A stretch of DNA of 64,000 nucleotides. Origin: Candidatus Micrarchaeota archaeon (GTDB taxonomy: Archaea; Micrarchaeota; Micrarchaeia; Micrarchaeales; CABMGC01). How positions within the stretch are numbered: the first letter of the stretch is position 1; every line of letters begins with the position of its first letter. Positions 1 through 10,012 of this stretch are shown piece after piece. The notes under the pieces were generated by a model that was not told where the DNA came from, searched no databases, and saw only the letters and a program-made list of their open reading frames with translations. The position numbers and the translations under genes were made by a program. Location of the stretch: contig JAGWHC010000001.1 of NCBI GenBank assembly GCA_028867025.1, positions 11,663 through 75,662 of the forward strand, given 5' to 3'.

Positions 1-380
1 ATCCTGGCATTGTTAAGTGGTTTGGGTTTGTGAGCGACGCCGAGCTAAATCGCGCGTACGATGGCGCGAGCCTGTTCACGCATCCCTCAAGGGGCGAGGC
101 CTTCGCTCTTTCGGTGCTCGAAGCGCAGAGCCACGGCTTACCTGCAGTGGTCTTTGACATAGACGGACCAAAAGATCTCATAAAGAACGATTTTCAGGGG
201 GACGTGGTTAGGAAGTTCGATGTGAAGGAGTTTGCTGAAAGCATCGAGAAAAATTACAAGATGTGGAAACGTGACAAGAGCGGGTACGGGAAAAGGAAGG
301 AGAAGATCAAGGACTACGTGTATAAAAACTACAGCCCGGAAAAGGTCATCGCGCAGCTTAAGGAGTTTTTTGCGAGCTAG
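1..380 (+). CDS. Glycosyltransferase family 1 (GT4-type), C-terminal fragment; 5' end lies outside the window
   Basis: The frame is open from nt 3. The translation ...FVSDAELNRAYDGASLFTHPSRGEAFALSVLEAQSHGLPAVVFDIDGP matches the conserved GT-B C-terminal (E-x7-E region) pattern. Confidence 0.8.
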   Translation, partial: PGIVKWFGFVSDAELNRAYDGASLFTHPSRGEAFALSVLEAQSHGLPAVVFDIDGPKDLIKNDFQGDVVRKFDVKEFAESIEKNYKMWKRDKSGYGKRKEKIKDYVYKNYSPEKVIAQLKEFFAS

Positions 381-471
381 CCCGCATATCAGACTAACAA
401 TAATTTTGGTTAAAGACAGCAATATCATGAATATATAAATAGCCGGAAAAGCACAGCCTATCTTGTGTATT

Positions 472-903
472 ATGCCTTTCACTAGCGACATGAAGCAGGC
501 GAAAAAGGGAGAGCTTCTGCTGCTGCAGAGAAACGAAAGGGGAGAGGTATACGAGTACAGGATTGGGGATTATCTCCTACACGACATTCGCACAAATGCC
601 GGCTGGGCGAGAGGCGGTGACTATCACGAGGCTGTTTCGTACGCGAAGATGAAGCACGGTAGCGGGAAATGGGTGATTGAAGACCCGGACGGATCGCGCA
701 GGGAAGTGATCCAGACGAAGGACCAGATACTGGAGATGCCGCCCATGACAAGCCATTATTTTGTGGCTGTAGAAGACTGCGCCTTTGATGAATGGCTTGA
801 CGTTCCTGGTCCCTTTGTGTCCTTTTACAATCAGGGCATGAGAAACGAGGTTGCGAAAATAAACGAGGAAAGGGCGAAGATCGCTACGGTGCGCAGAGAA
901 TAG
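472..903 (+). CDS. Hypothetical protein
   Basis: ORF 463..903. ATG 472 lies about 30 nt after a TATA-like atatataaatag (432-444). I recognise no family. Confidence 0.45.
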   Translation: MPFTSDMKQAKKGELLLLQRNERGEVYEYRIGDYLLHDIRTNAGWARGGDYHEAVSYAKMKHGSGKWVIEDPDGSRREVIQTKDQILEMPPMTSHYFVAVEDCAFDEWLDVPGPFVSFYNQGMRNEVAKINEERAKIATVRRE

Positions 904-907
904 CTGG

Positions 908-1699
908 CTAGCCGCGGAAGCCTATATCTTTCATCATCTTGGCCACTCCTTCCTTCAGTTTTGTCTTGGGCCTCCAGCCGAGCTTCTTTATCTTCCTGAT
1001 GTCTGCGACCATTCTCTCGGCGTCAACGTTTTTGATGAAGATGGGCTTGGTCCTGTCTCCGAACATGAGCCGCGCGAATTCTGCGGAGGTGGTCCCCTCG
1101 CCGCTTGCCAGGTTGAGCACTCCCTTCCATCCTTTCTTCGCTCCCATGACTATCGCGTCCACGACGTCATCGATGTAGACGTAGTCTTCGATTCTGTCAG
1201 GAGAGCCCGCCATGAGCGGGGGGAGAAGCGGATACTTGCGGAAATAAGTCCTGCCCTTCCCATAAGGATTGAAGAGCCTCAGTATAAGCGCGTTTGGAAA
1301 AACCTTGAGGGAATTGCGCTCTCCTACCAGTTTGGATCTGCCGTAGTCGGTTATCGGGACTGCGGGATGCTTTTCATCTACAGGCAGGTAGCGCGCCTCG
1401 CCGTATACACTGCTAGTGCTCATGTAGATGAATTGCTTAACTCCCAGTCGCCTTGCGGCATGCGCCACGTTCAAGGTGCCCCGGGTGTTGGTGTCGAACG
1501 GAGATCCATCCGCAATCGCCAGGTGCAGGACGATGTCGGGGCGGAATGGTTCTATTTTTCCCTCCAAGGAGGATTCCATTATGTCTATTCCATTGTGCCT
1601 GCTTATTTCCAGTACCTCAAACCCCTCTCTCCTGAGTCGCGGGCATGCATGACTGCCGACAAACCCGCTTGCCCCAGTAACCGCAATTCTTCTTCGCAT
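908..1699 (-). CDS. NAD-dependent epimerase/dehydratase (extended SDR)
   Basis: N-terminal Rossmann motif VTGASGFVGSH and catalytic YGRSK. It sits in a sugar-modification gene context. Confidence 0.85.
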   Translation of the reverse strand: MRRRIAVTGASGFVGSHACPRLRREGFEVLEISRHNGIDIMESSLEGKIEPFRPDIVLHLAIADGSPFDTNTRGTLNVAHAARRLGVKQFIYMSTSSVYGEARYLPVDEKHPAVPITDYGRSKLVGERNSLKVFPNALILRLFNPYGKGRTYFRKYPLLPPLMAGSPDRIEDYVYIDDVVDAIVMGAKKGWKGVLNLASGEGTTSAEFARLMFGDRTKPIFIKNVDAERMVADIRKIKKLGWRPKTKLKEGVAKMMKDIGFRG

Positions 1700-1718
1700 A
1701 TGCTCACTGCCCGTACTA

Positions 1719-2564
1719 CTAGCTTTCCCAGAAGATTACTTCGCCCAGATTCTTGCTCGCGGCGAATATGGCTTCTTTCATCCTCTTCTCATACTGGCTG
1801 CTGTATATCTTCTTCATCGTCCTGTCCTTCTCCACAGGGTCAAATGGCGTGACCATCGACCTCGAAAATCCGCTCGGGAGCTTCCTTCGCAGTTTCTCAA
1901 TGCTCAGGTTTCCGCTTAGGTAAACATAGGGTATTTCTGCATACAGACCTATCTTTGCAGCTCCGGACAGTTCTCTTGCCATGCGGGCTATGACTCCGTG
2001 GTCGACGTGCGTTCCGACACCCATGGGCACGAGTATGCTCTTTATGTTGCTCTTGAACTGCCTGAGCAGCGGCGCCATTGCTTTGCCTGCCTGCAGCTCT
2101 TCCGCATAGCCTGACACCATTCTGTCGTACAGCTTTAGCGCAACTGATTTCACTCCGCCAGCGGAGAGCCTGCCGATTGCCCCGCCGGCGATGAACCTGT
2201 AGTATTTCTCTATCGACGCGTCCTTGAGCCCCATGAATACGGGCAGGTAGTTTATGCCCTGCAGGAAGAGCGTTTCCGAGAACGCCAGCTCCTCCCTCAT
2301 TCTTAGCATGCTCGTTTTGGCTATTGTAGCAAATGTAGTTTTGACGCTTGTGCTGACCGTGCTGTCGCTGGAGGTGAAAAAGTTGACGCCGATGAGATTC
2401 TTCCCCAATCGGCCCGATACAATCGTGGCATAAAGTGACAGGAAGATGTCATCAAGATGCGGCGACAGTATGAGCGTTGCTCTCTCCCCTCTGAGCTCCG
2501 CTATGCTCTTCCATCTTGTCGCGAACCTGGCGTAGTGCAGCTTTCCTGCTCCTGAATCCTTCAT
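1719..2564 (-). CDS. PIG-L/LmbE-family N-acetylglucosaminyl deacetylase
   Basis: LILSPHLDD motif near the N-terminus and a later GTHVDH metal-site motif, both typical of the PIG-L family. Confidence 0.75.
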   Translation of the reverse strand: MKDSGAGKLHYARFATRWKSIAELRGERATLILSPHLDDIFLSLYATIVSGRLGKNLIGVNFFTSSDSTVSTSVKTTFATIAKTSMLRMREELAFSETLFLQGINYLPVFMGLKDASIEKYYRFIAGGAIGRLSAGGVKSVALKLYDRMVSGYAEELQAGKAMAPLLRQFKSNIKSILVPMGVGTHVDHGVIARMARELSGAAKIGLYAEIPYVYLSGNLSIEKLRRKLPSGFSRSMVTPFDPVEKDRTMKKIYSSQYEKRMKEAIFAASKNLGEVIFWES

Positions 2565-2638
2565 GATGTACGAGTAGAGTTTGGAAAAATAAAGCTTAAT
2601 AGAGTAGCCTGCAGTGCCTGTTTTCAGAGTTTTGACTG

Positions 2639-4234
2639 CTACCTGATGAAGAAAGATGCGTAGGAAGTGAGCAGAATAACTGCTTTGCTTATCAGCGGTA
2701 TGTCTGCGGTAACGCCCCTCAGCGTGTCGACCTCTTTCTTGCTGAGCAGTTTCATGTAGGCGAGCACTGCCGGATACACCAGGATTATTACAGCGGCCGA
2801 GACGAGCAGAGTGAGCTCATACATGTTCTGCAGCAGCAACAGAACAGGCACCAGGAAAAGCATGCTGATGGCGGTAGCGACGACCACCTTAAGAAGCGCG
2901 ATTAGGTTTGTCCTGATCTTGAGCAGCTTCCTTACGCCGTAAACGAATATGGCGGCTGTGGCGAGCGGATTTATCACGAAGAGAGCAAGCACCGCGCCGA
3001 TGCCCTTCAACGTAGGTATCAGCGCTATAATCGATATCACCTGAACCAAGGCTATTATTGTATTGTACGCAAAGACGCTCTTCACTTTTCCTGCGCCGAT
3101 AAGCAGAAGAGAGGTGTAGTAGCCGAAGATTCCGAATATCAGGAAGGCGCTCATTATTCCCAGGTACATGGGCGCCAGCGAGTAGGTGGCGCCGACAAGT
3201 ATGAATGATATCTGCTTAGCCAGCACTGCTATGTACGCGAGGGCGGGTGCGAGCAGTATGAATATGATGTACATCACGTTGTTGTACGTGCTGCTCAGCT
3301 TCCTCCTGAGCGCCCTGATCGAGACCACAGCGGAGAACATCGGCAGTATCGCCATGCTTATCGACTCTGTTGCTACGCCTATGAAGTTGTTGAGGCGCAT
3401 CGCCACACCGAAGTTGCCGACGACCGCTGTTGCAGCAAAAATTCCAAGCACAACGGGCGGTACATAGTATGTAAATGAGACCATGAGATTAGAGCCGGCA
3501 AGAGGCAGCGCAAAGCCTAGCAGCTTCCTTATCCTTTCAACTGAAGGTCTCCTGAAGGAAAGATGGTTTTTGGAGTAGATTACAGCCAGAGAAAGCAGAA
3601 TCCCGAGAGTGTTTCCGGCTTCGAAACCAAGAAGCGGCGCAAGCGCACCAAAGCCGAGAAACGCGAGGAGCACACTGACCCCGCCCTGAACCCCGACCTG
3701 CGAGAAGGTGACTATTGCTATGTCCTTCCCCATCCCGAAGCCTGCAAGCGCATGGTACATCGCGCTGAAGACCATTGTCAGAAACACGAGCAGCGAAGCC
3801 ACTTCTATTGCAACCACTGTTTGGGTTCCGCCTCCGACATAATGTGCGGCCAGGCCGCTCAGCAGGAACGCCAGGATGGTCAGCGCTGCGCTTATTATGA
3901 CCAGCACAGTCAGGCCATCGGAGAGCAGCTCCTCTATCTTTCTTTTCTCTTTTCTTATGTGGTACTCGGCAATGAATTTGTTGAACGACTGGCCCACGCC
4001 AAAGTCGCTCAGCGCTCCGAAAACTCCCGCTATGGCGAGAGCGACAACGTACAATCCGTAGGACGACGGTCCGAGCAACCTCGCCACTATTATGAACGCC
4101 AGAGCGGAAATCAGCATTGAGCCTACTTTGCTGAAAACTAGAGAGCTCGCGACATGAGTTGCAGTACTGCCCACGGAATAGGATCTTGGTCCTGGTTCAC
4201 TTGCTATCCCTGCACTAGCATCCAAACAAAACAC
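2639..4234 (-). CDS. Polysaccharide/oligosaccharide flippase (MOP/Wzx-like), polytopic membrane protein
   Basis: About 12-14 hydrophobic segments and the IVARLLGPSSYG motif typical of Wzx/polysaccharide biosynthesis proteins. The start is uncertain (GTG 4234 or GTG 4174; see the frameshift finding). Confidence 0.8.
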   Translation of the reverse strand: MFCLDASAGIASEPGPRSYSVGSTATHVASSLVFSKVGSMLISALAFIIVARLLGPSSYGLYVVALAIAGVFGALSDFGVGQSFNKFIAEYHIRKEKRKIEELLSDGLTVLVIISAALTILAFLLSGLAAHYVGGGTQTVVAIEVASLLVFLTMVFSAMYHALAGFGMGKDIAIVTFSQVGVQGGVSVLLAFLGFGALAPLLGFEAGNTLGILLSLAVIYSKNHLSFRRPSVERIRKLLGFALPLAGSNLMVSFTYYVPPVVLGIFAATAVVGNFGVAMRLNNFIGVATESISMAILPMFSAVVSIRALRRKLSSTYNNVMYIIFILLAPALAYIAVLAKQISFILVGATYSLAPMYLGIMSAFLIFGIFGYYTSLLLIGAGKVKSVFAYNTIIALVQVISIIALIPTLKGIGAVLALFVINPLATAAIFVYGVRKLLKIRTNLIALLKVVVATAISMLFLVPVLLLLQNMYELTLLVSAAVIILVYPAVLAYMKLLSKKEVDTLRGVTADIPLISKAVILLTSYASFFIR

Positions 4235-4333
4235 TCTCTATGCTCTTCACTCTTATCCCTGACCCTGCAACCATAGTGCTAATACACCTCCTACAAGGTA
4301 TAAAAGTTTGTGTCAGGCGACTCTGGTCTGAGG

Positions 4334-5374
4334 CTAATCCACGAAAGTTGAGTTAAGATACAGCTTGTCATTGACGAATTTGTTCTTTATCAAGTACTCT
4401 AGCTGCTTTCCTGCCCAGAACTCCCTTTGCTGGAAAGATTCTTTGTTAAGGCCGTATTCTCTGTATGCCTCGTACAGCTCCTTCGCGCCTTTTTCCGGCG
4501 TCCACTCACAACTAAAATCAAGTGCTTTTTTAATTTTTGTGAAATCGACGTTATAGGATCTGGGATCCTTTTGGCCCTGCGGGTTGAATTCTATCATTGA
4601 GCCCGGGACCGCGGCCTTTGCTATTTTTGCTATGTCACTCACCGTGTAGTTGTATCCACCTACGGCAAAAACCTGCCCGGAAACAACTTCTCTGTCAGCT
4701 TCTAGAGCCTTTAAGAATGCGACGGAGACGTCACGTATGTGGACTATTGGCCGCCACGCAGTTCCGTCGCTGAGAACCTTCACTTTCCCTTCGACGAAGG
4801 CGTATGCGACGAGATTGTTCAGCACCATGTCGAATCTCATCCTTGGGGAAACGCCATAGCATGTGGCATTCCTCATGCACGTCACCGTGAAGGAGTCATC
4901 GTTGAGCTTGAGCAGGCCTTCCTCTGCGTGAAGCTTAGAGAAACCATAGGGAGTCACTGGGGCGGGTTTGCTTTCCTCACTTATCAGCTTGTCGCCGTTT
5001 GCTCCAAAGACAGAACAGGAAGATGCGAATATAAATCTTTTTACCCCGGCGGCTTTTGCACGCAAGGCAAGATCAATTGTTGCCTTGCTATTTAGCTCTT
5101 CGGCCATCTTTGGGTTGAGGTCTGCGGCCCAATCGTTCGGAAGGCCTGCCAGATGAACTACTGCGTCCATGCCCTTGAAGTCTGTGAAATCCCTGAAATC
5201 CATCTTCAATTGGACTTTCGGGTTTCTGAGGTTCATGGACTTGGCGAAGCCGTTAGTGCCGAAATATCCCGCGTCTATACCGCTAACGTTATAGCCTGAA
5301 CGGAGAAACAGGTCGGCCATTATCCTGCCAATGTAGCCCCTGTTGCCAGTCATTAGTACGTTCTTTTCAGCCAT
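4334..5374 (-). CDS. NAD-dependent sugar epimerase/dehydratase
   Basis: VLMTGNRGYIGRIM Rossmann motif and YGFSKLHAE catalytic motif. ATG 5374 gives MAEKNVLMTG. Confidence 0.85.
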   Translation of the reverse strand: MAEKNVLMTGNRGYIGRIMADLFLRSGYNVSGIDAGYFGTNGFAKSMNLRNPKVQLKMDFRDFTDFKGMDAVVHLAGLPNDWAADLNPKMAEELNSKATIDLALRAKAAGVKRFIFASSCSVFGANGDKLISEESKPAPVTPYGFSKLHAEEGLLKLNDDSFTVTCMRNATCYGVSPRMRFDMVLNNLVAYAFVEGKVKVLSDGTAWRPIVHIRDVSVAFLKALEADREVVSGQVFAVGGYNYTVSDIAKIAKAAVPGSMIEFNPQGQKDPRSYNVDFTKIKKALDFSCEWTPEKGAKELYEAYREYGLNKESFQQREFWAGKQLEYLIKNKFVNDKLYLNSTFVD

Positions 5375-5480
5375 TAAGTTACCCCCGATTATAGACAATA
5401 ATGTGATTGCGCTTTAATATATAAACTAATAGCGTATATGTCTCTTGCATCGAGAAATCTCGACAATTTCGGTTTCGATT

Positions 5481-6314
5481 ATGAGATTTTTGATAACTGG
5501 AGCTAGCAGTTACGTTGGTGCCAGAGTGTACCGGGCTCTTCGGGAAGAATTTGATGTGCTGGGCACATACCATAGCAATCGGCTCTTCAAAGAGCAAAAA
5601 AAGCTTGACCTTTCGAACTCTTCAGAAATTAAAGCTATCATCTCCAAGGAAAAACCCGAGGTGATAGTGCATATCGCCGGCCTACCTCTCGGGCAGTGCG
5701 CGGAAAACAGTAAACTGGCGCATGAGATAAACGTCGACGCCACAAGACGGATTGTGGAGACTGCAAATGAGATAGGTGCAAGAATCATATACATGTCAAC
5801 GATTATGGCAGGAAAGGCATCAGATGTATACGGCAAAACAAAACTTGAGGCTGAAGGATACGTGGCCGGAACCAAGGCTGGCTTCATAGTGCTGCGCGGG
5901 GCGCTCACAATAGGACAGAGCCCCAATACAACGGCAGAAAAATATTACAACCGGATTTTGAGGAGCGTGGCTGAAAAAAGCAGGCTTACCTTCGACAACT
6001 CCGCTCTGACCCAGATAACCTATCTGGGCAGCATACCTGAAATAATAAGCAGGTCTCAGGAGAACGACAAGCTCTGGGGACAGACAATACCTGTTGTAGC
6101 TGATGAGAAGAAAACAAGATTTGCGATAGCAAGCGACCTGCTTGGGGAGTTTGGGGTTACGTGCGAACCATCAAAAGGAACGCGGTATATTGATGAAGCT
6201 TATTACACAACCGAAAAGCTTAGAGAGTTAAAGTTGCCCGCCTACAATTATAGGCAGATTATCAAAAAAACCATTAGCGAGATGCATACGTGGCTAAACT
6301 CCAGGAAAACCTAA
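5481..6314 (+). CDS. NAD(P)-dependent sugar reductase/epimerase, RmlD-like
   Basis: MRFLITGASSYVGARV Rossmann motif and YGKTKLEAE. Length and layout are RmlD-like. Confidence 0.7.
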   Translation: MRFLITGASSYVGARVYRALREEFDVLGTYHSNRLFKEQKKLDLSNSSEIKAIISKEKPEVIVHIAGLPLGQCAENSKLAHEINVDATRRIVETANEIGARIIYMSTIMAGKASDVYGKTKLEAEGYVAGTKAGFIVLRGALTIGQSPNTTAEKYYNRILRSVAEKSRLTFDNSALTQITYLGSIPEIISRSQENDKLWGQTIPVVADEKKTRFAIASDLLGEFGVTCEPSKGTRYIDEAYYTTEKLRELKLPAYNYRQIIKKTISEMHTWLNSRKT

Positions 6315-6380
6315 CGAAAAGCTTAGAAGATTGGAATTAAAATCTTAACATGAGATGAGTCATAAGAATCAGGGAAATAT

Positions 6381-7046
6381 ATGATTGATGTTGGATTGCT
6401 CGCTTACAAGATATCTCCGAGGCTTTCAGACTGGGCGCTGAGGAAAAGGTATAGGGCGATCCAGCCATATTCCGACGTGGCCTTCAGTGAACTTCCGAGC
6501 AAGGACATGCAAATAAAGATAGGCAGGCACTCCACCTCCTTTTCAGTGATAAATCTCAGACACACTTCGCTGTACAAGCACAGCGTAGAGATTGGCTCTT
6601 ACACTCAAATCGCAAGCGACCTTGAGATATGGCTTTCGAGCGGGCACACGCCAAAGTACGTATCCAACAACATGAGCGGCCTTTTTGTGAAAGGGTCGCA
6701 CGTAGAGCATGCGCTGCGACACTACAAAAAATACAAGGATGAAAACTACGGATCGATAAAGATAGGCAACGATGTTTGGATCGGCATGGATGTCATCATA
6801 AGAGGGAACGCCAATATCGGGGACGGAGCGGTGGTGGCGGCAAGGTCTTTTGTCAGGGAAAGTGTTCCTCCCTACGCGGTGGTTGGAGGATCCCCAGCAA
6901 AACTGCTGAAATGGAGATTTGATAAAAAAACTCGAGATTCGCTTTGCAGAATAAAATGGTGGAATTGGTCCGATGAAAAAATAGCGGAGCACATAGACGA
7001 ATTTTATGATCCGAAGGCTTTTGTACGCAGATACGACCGCAGGTAA
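6381..7046 (+). CDS. Hexapeptide-repeat (LbH) acetyltransferase, Vat/CatB-like
   Basis: IGNDVWIGMDVIIRGNANIGDGAVVAARSFVRESVPPYAVVGGSPAKLL is a left-handed beta-helix repeat signature. Confidence 0.8.
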   Translation: MIDVGLLAYKISPRLSDWALRKRYRAIQPYSDVAFSELPSKDMQIKIGRHSTSFSVINLRHTSLYKHSVEIGSYTQIASDLEIWLSSGHTPKYVSNNMSGLFVKGSHVEHALRHYKKYKDENYGSIKIGNDVWIGMDVIIRGNANIGDGAVVAARSFVRESVPPYAVVGGSPAKLLKWRFDKKTRDSLCRIKWWNWSDEKIAEHIDEFYDPKAFVRRYDRR

Positions 7047-7052
7047 TTGGTA

Positions 7053-8699
7053 ATGATAAAAATTGTTGACGACCAGAACGAGGTTGAAAAGGCATACTCC
7101 TATCTGAAAGAAAAGTTTCCTGAGGTGTCGAAACTCCAGAGAGACCCATTAAAATCTCTTGACTACAAAACGGCGATAGAGCTTGCTGAAAAGAATCTAG
7201 ATCGAGACAGCTTCATACTGAACTGTGGCGCATCCAATGACCCTTCTTTGTGGTATCTTTCTGAACTTGGCTACAAGCACCTCTACGGAATGGACCTGGA
7301 CAAAAACATAACAGACATGCCATACTACTGGCGAATAAAATACATGTACGGCTCCATGGTCGATACGCACCTGCCGAGCAACATGTTCGATGCGCTCATA
7401 TCCATAAGCACCATAGAGCACGGGAACGGAATGGAGCAGGCCAAGGCATTTCTGAGGGAAGCCAAAAGAGTGTTGAAAGACGGCGGCATTCTTATGTTTT
7501 CCACAGACTACAGCGAGGGACACATAGACACGAGGGGCGATACGAAATACGGCGTTGGTTGGCACATCTTCGACAGGCAGGAAGTCAAATCGATAATAGG
7601 CTATGCAAAGTCAATAGGGTTTGGGCTCTACGCGAAGAGCGGCTTTCCCGAGCAGCGCACGGCACTAGTTTACAACAAGAGGCTGAAAAAGGGCTTTTCT
7701 TTTATACTGCTTGCGTTCGTGCTTAAGAAGCCGGCAAAGCTCAAGAAAATAAAGGAAGTAAACATACTATATCCGTATCTGGACAAGGTCGACGGTCTAA
7801 GCAAGTATTCCTACGCGCTTGCCGAAAAATTCAGGCAGGTTGGAGTAAAACCTCATTTATACAAGAGCGAGGAAAAGATCAAAAACAAGCACCTGCCGAC
7901 CGTGGCACCATATGACGATACAGTATTCAAAAGCCTGCCGAAGAACAAGAACACGGTCATGGAGACATTCTCCTATCCGGCTAACAAGAAGGTAATTTTC
8001 AATAACATATTTAGGATCATAGGCCCGGGCTCGGCCCTCTGGCGTGACCCGGTTGGAAGCGTCAGGAGGTTCAAAAAAGCTGAGAAGGACATGTCTGCGC
8101 TGGAGGAATATCCTCTCCTAGTATACAACAACGAATTTGGGGGAGCGTACTTCAAAAAATACACAATAATGCCGCACATAGCCTATCCGAAGATGAGATA
8201 CAAGAAAAAGGGAAAAGCTGGATTGTGCCTGGGCGCCTTTGGCTTTGCATTCAGAATCAAGCATTTCGATAAGATATGCGAGCTGGCGAAAAGATTGGGG
8301 GTGAAAGCGGTCTTGGTTGTGAGCGCGACAAACGTGAACGAAAAGGCAAAGAAGGAAAGTCTGGAGGTCATGGAAGAACTGAAGAGGTACGAATCTGCTA
8401 AGATAAGGATAGTGGACAGCTATGATGATGCTCGAACGCTGAGCGAGCTGAGCGCATGCACACACATAATATTCGCTCAGGATGATGCGCGCAACATATC
8501 CGGAAGCATGAGATTCTGCATGCAGCTGGGAGTGCCCGTGGTATCGACGGATACATATCAGGCAAGAGAGGCCCAGACGCACAGGGTTAAAAGTCTTGAT
8601 GAGATAACGATAGATTATCTGAAGAAGACCAAAGAGCCAACAAGGCTTGATGACGGTTTCACGTATCTCCTAAGATTCTTGGAGAGCGGATATGCTTGA
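7053..8699 (+). CDS. Fusion protein: class I SAM-dependent methyltransferase (N-terminal) plus GT-B glycosyltransferase-like C-terminal domain
   Basis: The N-terminal half has LNCGASNDPS...GMDLD and LKDGGILMFSTD (SAM-methyltransferase motifs I and post-II). The C-terminal half has VLVVSA...SACTHIIFAQ...MQLGVPVVSTD, resembling a GT1 C-terminal domain. Confidence 0.65.
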   Translation: MIKIVDDQNEVEKAYSYLKEKFPEVSKLQRDPLKSLDYKTAIELAEKNLDRDSFILNCGASNDPSLWYLSELGYKHLYGMDLDKNITDMPYYWRIKYMYGSMVDTHLPSNMFDALISISTIEHGNGMEQAKAFLREAKRVLKDGGILMFSTDYSEGHIDTRGDTKYGVGWHIFDRQEVKSIIGYAKSIGFGLYAKSGFPEQRTALVYNKRLKKGFSFILLAFVLKKPAKLKKIKEVNILYPYLDKVDGLSKYSYALAEKFRQVGVKPHLYKSEEKIKNKHLPTVAPYDDTVFKSLPKNKNTVMETFSYPANKKVIFNNIFRIIGPGSALWRDPVGSVRRFKKAEKDMSALEEYPLLVYNNEFGGAYFKKYTIMPHIAYPKMRYKKKGKAGLCLGAFGFAFRIKHFDKICELAKRLGVKAVLVVSATNVNEKAKKESLEVMEELKRYESAKIRIVDSYDDARTLSELSACTHIIFAQDDARNISGSMRFCMQLGVPVVSTDTYQAREAQTHRVKSLDEITIDYLKKTKEPTRLDDGFTYLLRFLESGYA

Positions 8700-8714
8700 T
8701 TGTAGGTAATTTTG

Positions 8715-9977
8715 ATGGATTTTGTGAAAGTCGAGAGATGCAGAAGTTGCGGTTCTGGCAATCTGACTGACATTCTCTCACTGGGAGAGCAGTACATGGT
8801 AAACTTCGTGGAAGACCCCAATGAGAAAGCTAACAGTGGGCCTCTGGACCTTGTGCTCTGCGATGCGGCGAAGGGCGGCTGCGGACTGCTGCAGTTGAAG
8901 CACACCTTCAGCAGAGATCTGCTTTACAGGAAGTACTGGTACAGGTCTGGAATCAGCTCCATGATGCGCGTGGCGCTTGCCGATATCGTAAATAAGGCAG
9001 AAAAACTTGTAGAGCTCAAAAAGGGCGACATTGTAATCGACATAGGCTCCAACGACGGCACGCTGCTTAAGAGCTACAAACCGGAAGTGACCAAGGTGGG
9101 CTTTGAGCCTTCAAATCTGTGGGAGGCGGGAGCAACGGATCCGAACACGACGGTCATACATGACTATTTCAGCCATAGCGCATTTGCGAAAAATTTCCCA
9201 GGAAAGAGGGCAAAGGTGATAACTGCGATTGCCATGTTCTACGACCTTGACGACCCAAACGGCTTCGTGGAGGACATCAAAAAATGCCTGGACAAGGACG
9301 GTGTCTGGATAATCCAGATGAATTATCTGGGCCTGATGCTGGAAAACAACACATTTGACAACATAAGCCACGAGCACCTCGAATACTACTCGTTCTTGAG
9401 CTTAAACAGGCTGCTTGCAAGGCATGACATGGAGGCGTTCGACGTTGAACTGAACGACGTGAACGGCGGCAGCTTCAGGATCTACGTCAGGAACAATAAC
9501 TCAAAGACGAAAGTTTTTGATGGCGCCGAGAAACGGGTCGCGGAACTGAAGGAATCGGAAACCAGGTTGGGATTGGACAGCGCAAACAGCTACCTGAAAT
9601 TTGCGGAAAGAATAAAGAAAATAAAAACAGAGCTCACATCGCTGCTGAAGAAGGAAGTCGCTGGGGGAAAAAAAATATTCATATATGGCGCCTCAACAAG
9701 GGGTCTTGTCGTGCTTCAATTCTGTGGCATCGACAACAAACTCATTGCTGCTGCGACTGACATGAACAAAGACAAGTGGGGCAAGTACATAGTCGGCACG
9801 GGAATTCCAATCATACCGATAGACGAATACAGGCGAAGCCGTCCCGATTACCTGTTTATTCTGCCGTATCACTTCTTGAAAGAGCTGGTGCAGCAAGAGA
9901 AGCAGTACTTGGTGGATGGTGGGAGATTTATAGTTGCCATACCCTCGGTAAGAGTCATAGACAAGAGCAAGATCTAG
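8715..9977 (+). CDS. NDP-sugar C-methyltransferase-like protein (Zn-ribbon plus SAM methyltransferase plus C-methyltransferase C-terminal domain)
   Basis: N-terminal CRSCGSGNL Zn-binding motif and VIDIGSNDGTLL SAM motif. The overall layout resembles TylC3-type sugar C-methyltransferases. Confidence 0.75.
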   Translation: MDFVKVERCRSCGSGNLTDILSLGEQYMVNFVEDPNEKANSGPLDLVLCDAAKGGCGLLQLKHTFSRDLLYRKYWYRSGISSMMRVALADIVNKAEKLVELKKGDIVIDIGSNDGTLLKSYKPEVTKVGFEPSNLWEAGATDPNTTVIHDYFSHSAFAKNFPGKRAKVITAIAMFYDLDDPNGFVEDIKKCLDKDGVWIIQMNYLGLMLENNTFDNISHEHLEYYSFLSLNRLLARHDMEAFDVELNDVNGGSFRIYVRNNNSKTKVFDGAEKRVAELKESETRLGLDSANSYLKFAERIKKIKTELTSLLKKEVAGGKKIFIYGASTRGLVVLQFCGIDNKLIAAATDMNKDKWGKYIVGTGIPIIPIDEYRRSRPDYLFILPYHFLKELVQQEKQYLVDGGRFIVAIPSVRVIDKSKI

Positions 9978-10012
9978 ATGATAAAATCGAAACGATAGGA
10001 GTTTATGTTTTT

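Noticed and set aside
9776-10012. A 5' extension of the ORF 9776..10903 that overlaps the C-methyltransferase gene by 200 nt.
   Set aside because: The overlap is implausibly long, and the extension translates as an Arg/His/Ser-rich off-frame reading of the upstream gene. The start is more likely GTG 10013, although this remains uncertain.
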